DNA from: Eubacteriales bacterium | Lineage (GTDB): Bacteria > Bacillota > Clostridia > Christensenellales > CAG-917 | DNA length: 64,000 nt | Assembly (NCBI GenBank): GCA_035449045.1 | Contig: DAOTKC010000004.1 | Coordinates: forward strand, 4,414-68,413 | Direction: 5' to 3' | Shown: positions 1 to 7,905 of the stretch, in pieces | Layout: each line of letters starts with the position of its first letter | How positions within the stretch are numbered: the first letter of the stretch is position 1 | Notes under the pieces: model-generated | What the model was told of the DNA's origin: nothing | Databases searched by the model: none | The model's input: the letters and a program-made list of their open reading frames with translations, nothing else | Program-made: the position numbers and the translations under genes

Positions 1-517
1 CGAGGTTGGTTATGGTGTCGGCAAGCGCGTTTTGAAGCGATTTGACGCGCTTTATCAGTTCGCCTCCCGCCATTGAATATGCGGCGCGGACGGCGGCGGC
101 CGATTCGGCGTTTATCATGTCGACTATGCCCTCGGCAGCGGCGAGCGATAGCTTGCCCGAAATAAAGGCGCGCTTGGTGAACTCGCCGGGCGCGGCGGCG
201 GCGGCGCCCAGCTCGATGCACCGCTTGACGATGCTCGTTAAAATCCTCGGCCCGCCGTGAGCGTGAAATTCAACGACATCTTCGCCGGTAAAGGAACGGG
301 GCGCTTTGAAATAGACCATATAGCCGAGGTCGGCAAGCTCGTTCGTTCTTGTTTCGCCGAAGAGCATTTGGGCGTGTTTAACCGCCTCGGGCTTAACCCT
401 CTTTCCCTTGACGAAAAAAAGGGCGCCCGCGATTGCAAGCGCCTCGCCACCGGATAAACGCACTATTCCCACACCGCCGCTGCCGTATGGAGTCGATATA
501 GCCACAATGGTCTTCAT
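1..517 (-). CDS. mnmE: tRNA modification GTPase MnmE, N-terminal part (gene runs off the window start)
   Basis: Absent from the ORF track because it is truncated. My minus-strand translation from the ATG at 517 gives MKTIVAISTPYGSGGVGIVRLSGGEALAI..., a typical MnmE N-terminus. It lies downstream of jag, as in the conserved rnpA-yidC-jag-mnmE cluster. Confidence 0.85.
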   Translation of the reverse strand, partial: MKTIVAISTPYGSGGVGIVRLSGGEALAIAGALFFVKGKRVKPEAVKHAQMLFGETRTNELADLGYMVYFKAPRSFTGEDVVEFHAHGGPRILTSIVKRCIELGAAAAAPGEFTKRAFISGKLSLAAAEGIVDMINAESAAAVRAAYSMAGGELIKRVKSLQNALADTITNL

Positions 518-540
518 TTCAATTTTTTGCCAGACTTTGC

Positions 541-1449
541 TTATTTACCGAAGCTTTTAAAGCGAACCGGCGCCTTCTTCTTTTCGGGGGATTCCTTGGG
601 CTGCTCGTCGTAGTTGCCCTTGGGTTGATAGTCGAGATCCTCCTCGAATTCCTTATAGCGGTTTTCGCTTTCGTATTTATTTTCGTATCGGTTTTCGTAG
701 CTTCTGCCGTAGCCGCCGCGGTTGTAGCTTCCTTGGCGGTTGTCGCCTTGGCGGTTGTCGCCTTGGCGGTTGTCACGGTTGTAGCGGGGCTTGTCGCCGT
801 AGCCGCGTCTGTTTTGATAGCCGTAGCCGCCGCCCTCGCCCGTTCTCGCCTGACGCTTGGGATAGATGACGACGCGGCGGTTGGGTTCCTCGCCTTCGCT
901 CTCCGTTGTGGCATAGGGGCTGTCGGCAAGCGCGGTGTGAATAACTCTTCTCTCGAAGGGGTTCATCGGCTCGAGGCGGATTTTGCGTCCCGTCCGAACT
1001 GCCTTTCTCGCCAGCTTGTCGGCGAGCGAAGTCAGCGTTTCTTCGCGCTTGGCGCGGTAGTTTTCGGCGTTGATGACTACTTTTTTAAATTTTTCGCTGT
1101 TTTGGTTGGCGACTAAAAGCGAGAGATACTGAATGGCGTCGAGCGTCTCACCGCGATATCCTATCGCGCTGCGGCTGCCCTCGCCGCTTATTTCGAGCTG
1201 AACCTCGTCCTCGGTTTCGGCGCCCGCGACCTCGCAGTCGATGCGCATTTTTTCAAAGAGCGTCTTTACAAATGATACCGCGCGCGCGGCGTGTGTTTCT
1301 TTGACCGTAAGCCTGACCGCCGCCTTGGAAAACAGTCCGCCCTTGGATAAAACTTCGATTTCCACTTGTTCTTTTGTTGTTCCGAGTTCCTTTAATCCTT
1401 GGTTTACGGCTTCCTCGACGGAAGCCGCCTTTACTTCGATGCTGTCCAT
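541..1449 (-). CDS. jag: Jag/KhpB RNA-binding protein (Jag_N, KH, R3H) with an about 100-aa Arg/Gly/Tyr/Asn-rich C-terminal tail
   Basis: 302-aa ORF. It has an MDSIEVKAASVEEAVNQGLKELG N-terminus and an R3H-like LEPMNPFERRVIHTAL segment. It sits between yidC and mnmE. Confidence 0.9.
   Translation of the reverse strand: MDSIEVKAASVEEAVNQGLKELGTTKEQVEIEVLSKGGLFSKAAVRLTVKETHAARAVSFVKTLFEKMRIDCEVAGAETEDEVQLEISGEGSRSAIGYRGETLDAIQYLSLLVANQNSEKFKKVVINAENYRAKREETLTSLADKLARKAVRTGRKIRLEPMNPFERRVIHTALADSPYATTESEGEEPNRRVVIYPKRQARTGEGGGYGYQNRRGYGDKPRYNRDNRQGDNRQGDNRQGSYNRGGYGRSYENRYENKYESENRYKEFEEDLDYQPKGNYDEQPKESPEKKKAPVRFKSFGK
731..775 (-). repeat. 3 x 15-bp perfect tandem repeat inside jag (encodes GDNRQ x3)
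   Basis: CCTTGGCGGTTGTCG at 731, 746 and 761. The last copy ends in A. Confidence 0.95.
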
Positions 1450-1605
1450 TTATCCTCCCGAGCCCCGGCAAAACGCCGCGGGCCTATTAAAAATCCATTG
1501 CCCAAATTTTTTATCTGTGTTTTGCCAACCTAATACTTCTTTATATGGTCGGGTGCGTTCAAAGACCTTTTCGGTGTTGGGTATTTTTAACAAACCAAAT
1601 ATTTG

Positions 1606-2874
1606 TTATTTGAAGGTGGTGGCGAGCCGTCTTTCTTCTTCTTTTTTGTCCAAAACCTTGGCGACGGCGTTATACACCAGCTGGAACAGCACGCTGTATA
1701 GCGAGCTTGTGAAGAGATAGATGGTGAACGCCGAGCTGTATAAAACGGCGAAGACGCCGAAAATGACGGGCATCAAATACTGCATCATCTTCATGTTGGC
1801 GTTCATGGCGCCGCCCGCCGCGGGATTGGCGGGGTCGACGGGCATTTCGGGTTGTTGTCCTTGAGTCAACTTTTGAGTTAAGAAAGAAAGCGCGATGGAA
1901 AGAAGGGGCAGAAGCAGCCAGCCGTTCCACTTGCCGTTCTTAGCCCAGCCGCTGGTGCCGATGAGCCCGCCCATGACCTTCTCGTAGTCCTCGCGGACGA
2001 CTCCCTGCACGCCGAGCTTGCCCATGCCGGTGCCGCTGAATGTTTCGTATTTGGGAATGCTTTCATTCCATGCGTCGGCGATGAAAACGTTTTTAATCCA
2101 CAGCCACCCCTCGGGCTCATAAGCCGCGGCAACCGCCGCTTGGCCTCTCGCCACGACTTCGGGCTTATCCGCCGCCGCCCTGCCCGCCTGCTGGGCGATG
2201 ATGATGTTGTCGGAGGCGGCTATCGCTTCCTGACGCATACCCTCGGCGTATTCGTCGGTTGCGCCGGCGTCCTTGGCGGCGTTATAGGCCGTGTCGCCGA
2301 TTTCGTCGAGCTTGGCCTGATATGCCGCATCGTATTCGGGTTTGACTTCGGCGTCGTAGACTGTCTTTAATTCGGCATAGCGGTTGGCGTTTTGGAAGTT
2401 GACCATCTTATTGAAGCCGGTGAAGATTAAAATAAAAATAGCCATGGTGAGGATGGTCGGAAGACATGCCCCCAGCATGGAATATTTTTCTTCTTTATAA
2501 AGCAAAAGCTGACGCCTCGAGAATTCTTCGCGGTTGTGGCCGTATTGCTTTTGGAGCTTTTCGAGTTTGGGCTTCATCCGCTCCATCGCCTTGGCGTTTT
2601 TGCGCATGACGTTTTTCTGCCAGAAATCCAAGGGGAGAAGCGCCGTCTTCAAAATCACGGTGAATACAACGACTGTCCAGCCGAAGTTGCCGATGCTCTT
2701 ATTTAAAATGTCCAAAAATTTGGCAATGGGATTGTCGGGCTCGGTGACGGTGCCGTCGGCGTTGACCTGCGCTTGGTTATTGCATGCCGCGAAGACGAAG
2801 AGCGAGAGAATGATAAGGAGCGCCACGGCGTATATTTTGAGCTTTTTTCTTCTTATGTCCGCTAAATAATCCAC
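1606..2874 (-). CDS. yidC: membrane protein insertase YidC/SpoIIIJ family, long form (422 aa), with a lipoprotein-type signal
   Basis: Signal/lipobox LSLFVFAAC; several hydrophobic segments; C-terminal basic tail KKEEERRLATTFK. Position is after rnpA-yidD. Confidence 0.9.
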   Translation of the reverse strand: MDYLADIRRKKLKIYAVALLIILSLFVFAACNNQAQVNADGTVTEPDNPIAKFLDILNKSIGNFGWTVVVFTVILKTALLPLDFWQKNVMRKNAKAMERMKPKLEKLQKQYGHNREEFSRRQLLLYKEEKYSMLGACLPTILTMAIFILIFTGFNKMVNFQNANRYAELKTVYDAEVKPEYDAAYQAKLDEIGDTAYNAAKDAGATDEYAEGMRQEAIAASDNIIIAQQAGRAAADKPEVVARGQAAVAAAYEPEGWLWIKNVFIADAWNESIPKYETFSGTGMGKLGVQGVVREDYEKVMGGLIGTSGWAKNGKWNGWLLLPLLSIALSFLTQKLTQGQQPEMPVDPANPAAGGAMNANMKMMQYLMPVIFGVFAVLYSSAFTIYLFTSSLYSVLFQLVYNAVAKVLDKKEEERRLATTFK

Positions 2875-3104
2875 TTCAATTTACCTCTATAATTTTCGGG
2901 AACCGGGTCGAACCCGCCCTCTTTCCACGGCAGGCACCTAAGAAGGCGCGCAGCCCCCAGCGCGCAGCCCTTTAAAAAGCCGTGTTTTTCAATCGCCTGC
3001 AGCATGTAAATTGAACAGCCGGGCGTGTAGATGCATCTGCTTTTAAGCGACGGCGAGATGAGCCGCTTGTAAAACTTGACTAAGATTATTCCCAAACGCC
3101 GCAT
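2862..3104 (-). CDS. yidD: membrane protein insertion efficiency factor YidD
   Basis: Contains ISPSLKSRCIYTPGCSIYMLQAIEKHGFLKGCALGAARLLRCLPW..GGFDPVP. I place the start at the internal ATG at 3104 (MRRLGIILVKFY), 2 nt after the rnpA stop. The ORF track extends it to 3167. Confidence 0.85.
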   Translation of the reverse strand: MRRLGIILVKFYKRLISPSLKSRCIYTPGCSIYMLQAIEKHGFLKGCALGAARLLRCLPWKEGGFDPVPENYRGKLKWII

Positions 3105-3106
3105 AA

Positions 3107-3451
3107 CTAATCCGTCAGTTTGCCCGCTTTTTCGAGCACGCGGAGCATGGCCGCCCGAACTTCGCAAAATCCGAGTCCGACTATGGTGTCCCGCGGAATA
3201 AAGACATAGCTGAAGCTTTTATCGACCTTGGGCAGGATGTCGCGGAAGCTTTCGCGAAGCAACCGCTTGACACGATTTCTTACCACGCTTTTACCGATTT
3301 TGGTGCTGACCGAAAACCCCGCCTTCATAGCGCGCGTCTTGGCGTAAACAACGGTGAGCTCGGCGGTGTGCGCCGCCTGTCCGCGCTTGTAAATAAACTT
3401 AAAGCCGGCGTCGGAACGAAGCCGGTAATCGGGCGCGGGGGACGCCGTCAT
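3107..3451 (-). CDS. rnpA: ribonuclease P protein component
   Basis: [24 protein letters not shown]...VSTKIGKSVVRNRVKRLLRESFR. The start ATG at 3451 overlaps the rpmH stop by 1 nt (TGATG). The upstream part of the 167-aa track ORF is the rpmH region read in another frame. Confidence 0.85.
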   Translation of the reverse strand: MTASPAPDYRLRSDAGFKFIYKRGQAAHTAELTVVYAKTRAMKAGFSVSTKIGKSVVRNRVKRLLRESFRDILPKVDKSFSYVFIPRDTIVGLGFCEVRAAMLRVLEKAGKLTD

Positions 3452-3585
3452 CAGGCGCTCAACCTCTTTCTGCCTCTGTTTCTGCGGGAAGCCAAAACCC
3501 TTCTGCCGCCGGTAGACTTCATTCTCTTGCGGAAGCCGTGAACTTTGCTTCTCTGTCTTTTCTTGGGTTGATAAGTCCTTTTCAT
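3451..3585 (-). CDS. rpmH: 50S ribosomal protein L34
   Basis: Below the ORF-track size cut-off. My translation is [44 protein letters not shown], preceded by AAGAGGT 8 nt upstream of the ATG. Confidence 0.95.
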   Translation of the reverse strand: MKRTYQPKKRQRSKVHGFRKRMKSTGGRRVLASRRNRGRKRLSA

Positions 3586-3775
3586 ATATCCATACCTCTT
3601 GAATAATCAATTAAATTTGCTTTCGTCGCCTTGCGGAGCGTGCCGACAGCCTTAAAAGTATATCTAAATAGCTTTTTTATGTCAAACGTTTTTGATATTT
3701 GGGGCTTCCGGCCCCTCGGGCTTTCTCTTTGCTTCTCTTCCCTTAACGCTTATGAGAAAATTTCGAGCTGAAAAA

Positions 3776-5452
3776 TTACATTCTGTCAGGCGCTTCGATG
3801 CCGAGAAGTTTTAGCCCCGCACTCAAAATCTCCGCCGTGACATAAGTCAGAAGCAGGCGCGAGTCACGCTCGGTCTCGGGCGCGTCGGCTATTCTGTGAT
3901 TGAGATAAAAGCGGTTGAAGCGCTGCGCCAAACCTATCAAATAGCGTGAAAGTATCGACGGCTCGTATTTTTCGGCGGCGGCCTTGACGGCGTCGGGAAA
4001 AGCGAGCGCGGCCTTGACGGTCTCGAACGCCTCGTCGCTCAATATCCCCGAAAAATCCTTGGGCTCCTTTCGCTCCGCCTTTTTCAGCACGCTTCGCGCA
4101 CGGGCGTGAGTATATTGAAGGTAGGGTGCGGTCTCGCCGTCGAAGTTTAAAAACTTGTCGAAGGAAAACACGATATCCTTAATCCGATTGTTGTAGAGCG
4201 CGCAAAACACCACGGCGCCGACGCCGATGCTGGTTGAAATTTCCTCTTTGTTGTCGAGCTCGGGCGACTTTTCTTCGATAATTTCGCGGGCTTTTTTGAT
4301 TGATTCGGCGAACACGTCTTTAAGAAGAACAACGTTGCCCTTTCTCGTTGACATCGCGCCCTCGGCCAAAGAAACCATGCCGAATGCGACGTGCTCGAGG
4401 TCGGCAGCCCACGGCTTTCCCATCAGCTCCAAAACCTTGAAAAATTGTTTGAAGTGGAGATTTTGCTGATACGCAACGACATAGAGGCATTTGTAAAAAT
4501 CGTAGGTATTCTTTCTGTAAATGGCGGCGGCAAGGTCGCGCGTGGCGTAGAGCGTGGCGCCGTCCGCTTTTTTGAGCATGCAGGGCGGCATGCCGAATTC
4601 GTCCAGCCGGACGACTAAGGCGCCCTCGCTCTCCTCGGCCAAACCTTTGGCCTCAAGCTCGTTTAAGACCGGCCCCATCTTATCGGAATAAAAACTTTCG
4701 CCGGCGTAGCTGTCAAACTCGATGCCGAGCAGACGGTAAATTTTGGAAACCTCGGCGAGCGTCAGCTCCTTGAACCAGTTGAAAAGCTCGACGCATTCTT
4801 GCTCGCCCTGCTCGATTGCCTTAAAGTAGCGGCGCGCCTCTTCGTCTAACTCGGGATTTTTTTCGGCCTCGGCGTGAAAACGAACATAGAGCTTGTTGAG
4901 GGCGTCGACGCCGCCCGCCTCTATTTCCTTTTTATCGCCCCAGCGGCGGTATGCCGAAATGAGCTTGCCGAACTGAGTGCCCCAGTCGCCCAAATGGTTG
5001 ATGCCAACGGCGTTATAGCCCAAAAACCTGAAAATGCGGTAGAGCGCGGCGCCGATTACCGTCGTAGACAGATGGCCGATGTGGAAGGGCTTGGCGATGT
5101 TGACGGAGGAATAGTCGATGCAGACGGTCTTTCCCTTGCCGATGTCGGAGGAGCCGAAGCCTTCTTTGGCCGCGGTCAAAAGTTCCCGCGCAATATATTC
5201 TTTATCGAGAAAAAAATTCAAATATCCGTTTACGCTCTCCGCCCTTGATATAAAATCGGCGGCGGGCAGGCGGCTAAGCAACATGTCCGAAATAGCCTTG
5301 GGCGGCATTCTGAGCGCTTTGGAAAAACGGAAACAAGGCAGCGAATAGTCGCCCATCGCGGCGTCTTTGGGAATTTCGATAAACCCCTCTATCTCTTCTT
5401 TTTCAATTCCTTCGATTTCGATAAGCGCTGCAAGCTTTTTTTGATAGTCCAT
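3776..5452 (-). CDS. argS: arginine--tRNA ligase
   Basis: Class I motif PFHIGH; the protein ends in ...GIEAPDRM as ArgRS proteins usually do. The start is set at the ATG at 5452 (MDYQKKL). The track ORF begins at a TTG at 5488. Neither start has a clear SD. Confidence 0.93.
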   Translation of the reverse strand: MDYQKKLAALIEIEGIEKEEIEGFIEIPKDAAMGDYSLPCFRFSKALRMPPKAISDMLLSRLPAADFISRAESVNGYLNFFLDKEYIARELLTAAKEGFGSSDIGKGKTVCIDYSSVNIAKPFHIGHLSTTVIGAALYRIFRFLGYNAVGINHLGDWGTQFGKLISAYRRWGDKKEIEAGGVDALNKLYVRFHAEAEKNPELDEEARRYFKAIEQGEQECVELFNWFKELTLAEVSKIYRLLGIEFDSYAGESFYSDKMGPVLNELEAKGLAEESEGALVVRLDEFGMPPCMLKKADGATLYATRDLAAAIYRKNTYDFYKCLYVVAYQQNLHFKQFFKVLELMGKPWAADLEHVAFGMVSLAEGAMSTRKGNVVLLKDVFAESIKKAREIIEEKSPELDNKEEISTSIGVGAVVFCALYNNRIKDIVFSFDKFLNFDGETAPYLQYTHARARSVLKKAERKEPKDFSGILSDEAFETVKAALAFPDAVKAAAEKYEPSILSRYLIGLAQRFNRFYLNHRIADAPETERDSRLLLTYVTAEILSAGLKLLGIEAPDRM

Positions 5453-5493
5453 ATTTGCTATATTATCACAAAGCGGTCCGGATATCAAGCGGA

Positions 5494-6267
5494 CTAAACC
5501 TTAGAAGCTTGAATAATAAGTATGGCGAGGGAAAGAAAGAAGGTGTAGGCGGCGAAGGCCCAAAGCGGCTTTTTGCGAATAATTCTCAGCATGAATTTTA
5601 TAGCTAATAAACCCGATATGAAAGCGGCGGCGACGCCGAGCGCGGAAGGCAAAAATGCGGGCGCGGAGACCGCGCCGCCCGAGGCAAGCTCGAAGGCTGC
5701 CGAGGCCAAAATTATCGGCACCGAAAGAAGAAAAGAAAACTCAAGCGCCTTCTCGCGCTCGACGCCCGAAAGCGTCAGCGCGGCGAGAGTAAGCCCGCTT
5801 CGGGACGCCCCCGGCAGCACGGCTATTCCCTGAAACACGCCCGTGAACAGGCTGTTTTTGGTGTTTAAAGTGCCGATTCTGTCATCAAGTCCGCTTTTCT
5901 TTTTAAATAGCTCGATGGCGGAAAGCGCTACCGCGGTCATCATAAAGCCGAGAGGAAGATAGCTTCCAAGAAGCGCTCCTTCAAAAAAATATTTGAAGAC
6001 GAGCGCCAGCGCCGCGGTGGGAACCGATGCCAAAACATACCATCTGAACTCGCTTTTTATGGGGTGGCGGATAAGCTCCCAAAGCTTTTTTCGGTAGATT
6101 ATTACGACTGCGGCAAGACTGCCCGCATGAAGCAACACATTGTAAAAAAGCGAGGGCTCGCCCAGCCCCGCTTTTTCCAAAAGCAACAGATGCCCCGAGG
6201 ACGAAATAGGGAGAAACTCGGTCACCCCCTGCGCTATTCCCAATAAAACCGCTTTCAAAATTTCCAT
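5494..6267 (-). CDS. uppP: undecaprenyl-diphosphate phosphatase (BacA/UppP)
   Basis: MEILKAVLLGIAQGVTEFLPISSSGHLLLL and PGASRSG motifs; polytopic membrane protein. Confidence 0.9.
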   Translation of the reverse strand: MEILKAVLLGIAQGVTEFLPISSSGHLLLLEKAGLGEPSLFYNVLLHAGSLAAVVIIYRKKLWELIRHPIKSEFRWYVLASVPTAALALVFKYFFEGALLGSYLPLGFMMTAVALSAIELFKKKSGLDDRIGTLNTKNSLFTGVFQGIAVLPGASRSGLTLAALTLSGVEREKALEFSFLLSVPIILASAAFELASGGAVSAPAFLPSALGVAAAFISGLLAIKFMLRIIRKKPLWAFAAYTFFLSLAILIIQASKV

Positions 6268-6319
6268 TTTGCTCTTTACTTATCTCCCCCGCCGGGCTTA
6301 TAATATAACCAGCCCGCAA

Positions 6320-6356
6320 GCTAATTATATTCAAACAAATAATAAATATAATTAGC
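6320..6356. repeat. 11-bp perfect inverted repeat GCTAATTATAT-N15-ATATAATTAGC in the uppP/ychF divergent spacer
   Basis: The arms are at 6320-6330 and 6346-6356. Confidence 0.85.
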
Positions 6357-6452
6357 GCGCGAGGTTGTTGGCTTACCGCAAAGATTTCGCGGATTGTGCT
6401 GAGGAGCCTGGCGGCGGCTAACTACCGACACCCAAGCTAACGCAGGAGATAT

Positions 6453-7541
6453 ATGAAACTGGGAGTAATAGGATTGCCCAACGTCGGCAAAAGCACCCTC
6501 TTCAACGCGATAACCAAGGCGGGCGCGATGTGCGCCAACTATCCCTTTTGCACTATTGAGCCCAACGTCGGCGTTGTCGCCGTGCCCGACAAGCGTCTTG
6601 ACAAGCTTGCCGCTCTCTATAACAGCAAAAAAATCACGCCGACTTCCCTTGAGTTTGTCGATATAGCGGGCTTGGTCCGCGGCGCGTCCAAAGGCGAGGG
6701 GCTGGGCAACAAGTTTTTGTCGCACATCCGCGAGGTCGACGCGCTTGTGCATGTCGTCCGTTGCTTTGAGGACGAGAACATAGCGCACGTCGAGGGGAGC
6801 GTCGAGCCAGTCCGCGACATCGAAACGGTGGCGCTGGAGCTTATTTTGGCCGATATCGAATCGCTTGAGCGGAGAATAGCGAGAGTAAAGAACGCCGCCA
6901 AGGGCGGCGACAAAAAATATCTCGCCGAAGCCGAGTTTTTGGAGCGGATAGCGGCGCATCTCGAAAAGGGGCTGCCGACAAGGACGATGGCGCTCTCCGC
7001 CGATGAAAAGGAAGAATTAAAGCAGCTTTTTTTGCTGTCCGCCAAGCCCGTAATATACGCCGCAAACATAAAGGAGAGCGAAATCGGCAAGCCTTCGCCG
7101 CTCGTCGACGCCGTCGCTAAGTTTGCGCGCGAGGAAGGCAGCGAAACCGTCGTCATCTCCGCCAAAATCGAGGAGGAGCTCGCCGCGCTTTCGGAAGATG
7201 AGCGCGAGATGTTCATGGCCGAGCTAGGGATAACGGAAAGCGGGCTCGACAAGCTCGTCACCGCCTGCTATTCGCTTTTAGGGCTTATCAGCTTTTTGAC
7301 GGCGGGCGAAAAGGAAACCCGCGCCTGGACCATCGAAAAGGGCACCAAAGCGCCTCAGGCGGCGGGCAAAATCCACTCCGACTTCGAGCGCGGCTTTATC
7401 AGAGCCGAGATAGTCGACTGCGAAACACTGCTTCAATGCGGCTCCTTCAACGCCGCCAAGGAGCAGGGCAAGGTCAGAAGCGAGGGCAAGGATTACGTCA
7501 TTCAGGATAACGACGTCGTGCTCTTCCGCTTCAACGTCTAG
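6453..7541 (+). CDS. ychF: redox-regulated/ribosome-binding ATPase YchF
   Basis: MKLGVIGLPNVGKSTLFNAIT P-loop; C-terminal TGS-like ...HSDFERGFIRAEI; GGAG SD. Confidence 0.95.
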   Translation: MKLGVIGLPNVGKSTLFNAITKAGAMCANYPFCTIEPNVGVVAVPDKRLDKLAALYNSKKITPTSLEFVDIAGLVRGASKGEGLGNKFLSHIREVDALVHVVRCFEDENIAHVEGSVEPVRDIETVALELILADIESLERRIARVKNAAKGGDKKYLAEAEFLERIAAHLEKGLPTRTMALSADEKEELKQLFLLSAKPVIYAANIKESEIGKPSPLVDAVAKFAREEGSETVVISAKIEEELAALSEDEREMFMAELGITESGLDKLVTACYSLLGLISFLTAGEKETRAWTIEKGTKAPQAAGKIHSDFERGFIRAEIVDCETLLQCGSFNAAKEQGKVRSEGKDYVIQDNDVVLFRFNV

Positions 7542-7696
7542 CGTTTTGATTTAACCGAAAATTGTTTTTGTGAATAAACTTATAAAAAATTTTCAGATGT
7601 TTTAACACGCAAACGCGGCTCGAGAGCCAATCCAAGCGCGGCGGAAAGGAAGGAGTTCTTAAGTTAGCAAGCTAAAAATCGGTCAGGCTAAAATTT

Positions 7697-7905
7697 GTCA
7701 AGTTAAGTTAAGAAAGATGTGAACAAGAAGTTAATAGGAGTTTTTCAGTCGTCAAGTTAAGAAAGATGTGAACAAAAAGTTAATAAAAGTTTTTCAGTCG
7801 TCAAGCTAAAAAGATGTGAACAAAAAGTAATAAGAGTTTTTCAGTCGTCAAGCTAAAAAAAGTTAATAGGAGTTTTTCAGTCGTCAAGCTAAAAGGGAGG
7901 TAATT
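7697..7905 (+). repeat. tandem array of about 4.5 units (54, 49, 47, 36 and 23 bp) running into the SD/ATG of the GRE gene
   Basis: Units start with GTCAAG at 7697, 7751, 7800, 7847 and 7883. The unit core is GTCAAG(C/T)TAA(G)AAAGATGTGAACAAAAAGTTAATAGGAGTTTTTCAGTC. Confidence 0.9.

Noticed and set aside
519-1116. Track ORFs 519..929 (-) and 625..1116 (+) overlapping jag
   Set aside because: They are low-complexity Ala/Thr/Val-rich translations of alternative frames of the jag repeat region. They have no SD, and jag itself has clear domain motifs.
6321-7261. 212-aa and 214-aa minus-strand ORFs opposite ychF
   Set aside because: These are shadow ORFs antisense to a strongly supported gene. 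Their composition is Arg/Ser/Ala-rich and I recognised no motifs.
7697-7905. Possible CRISPR array (also considered for 16769-16895)
   Set aside because: The units are contiguous with no unique spacers, the periods (12-13 bp and about 47 bp) and AT-rich sequence are wrong for CRISPR repeats, and no cas genes are present.
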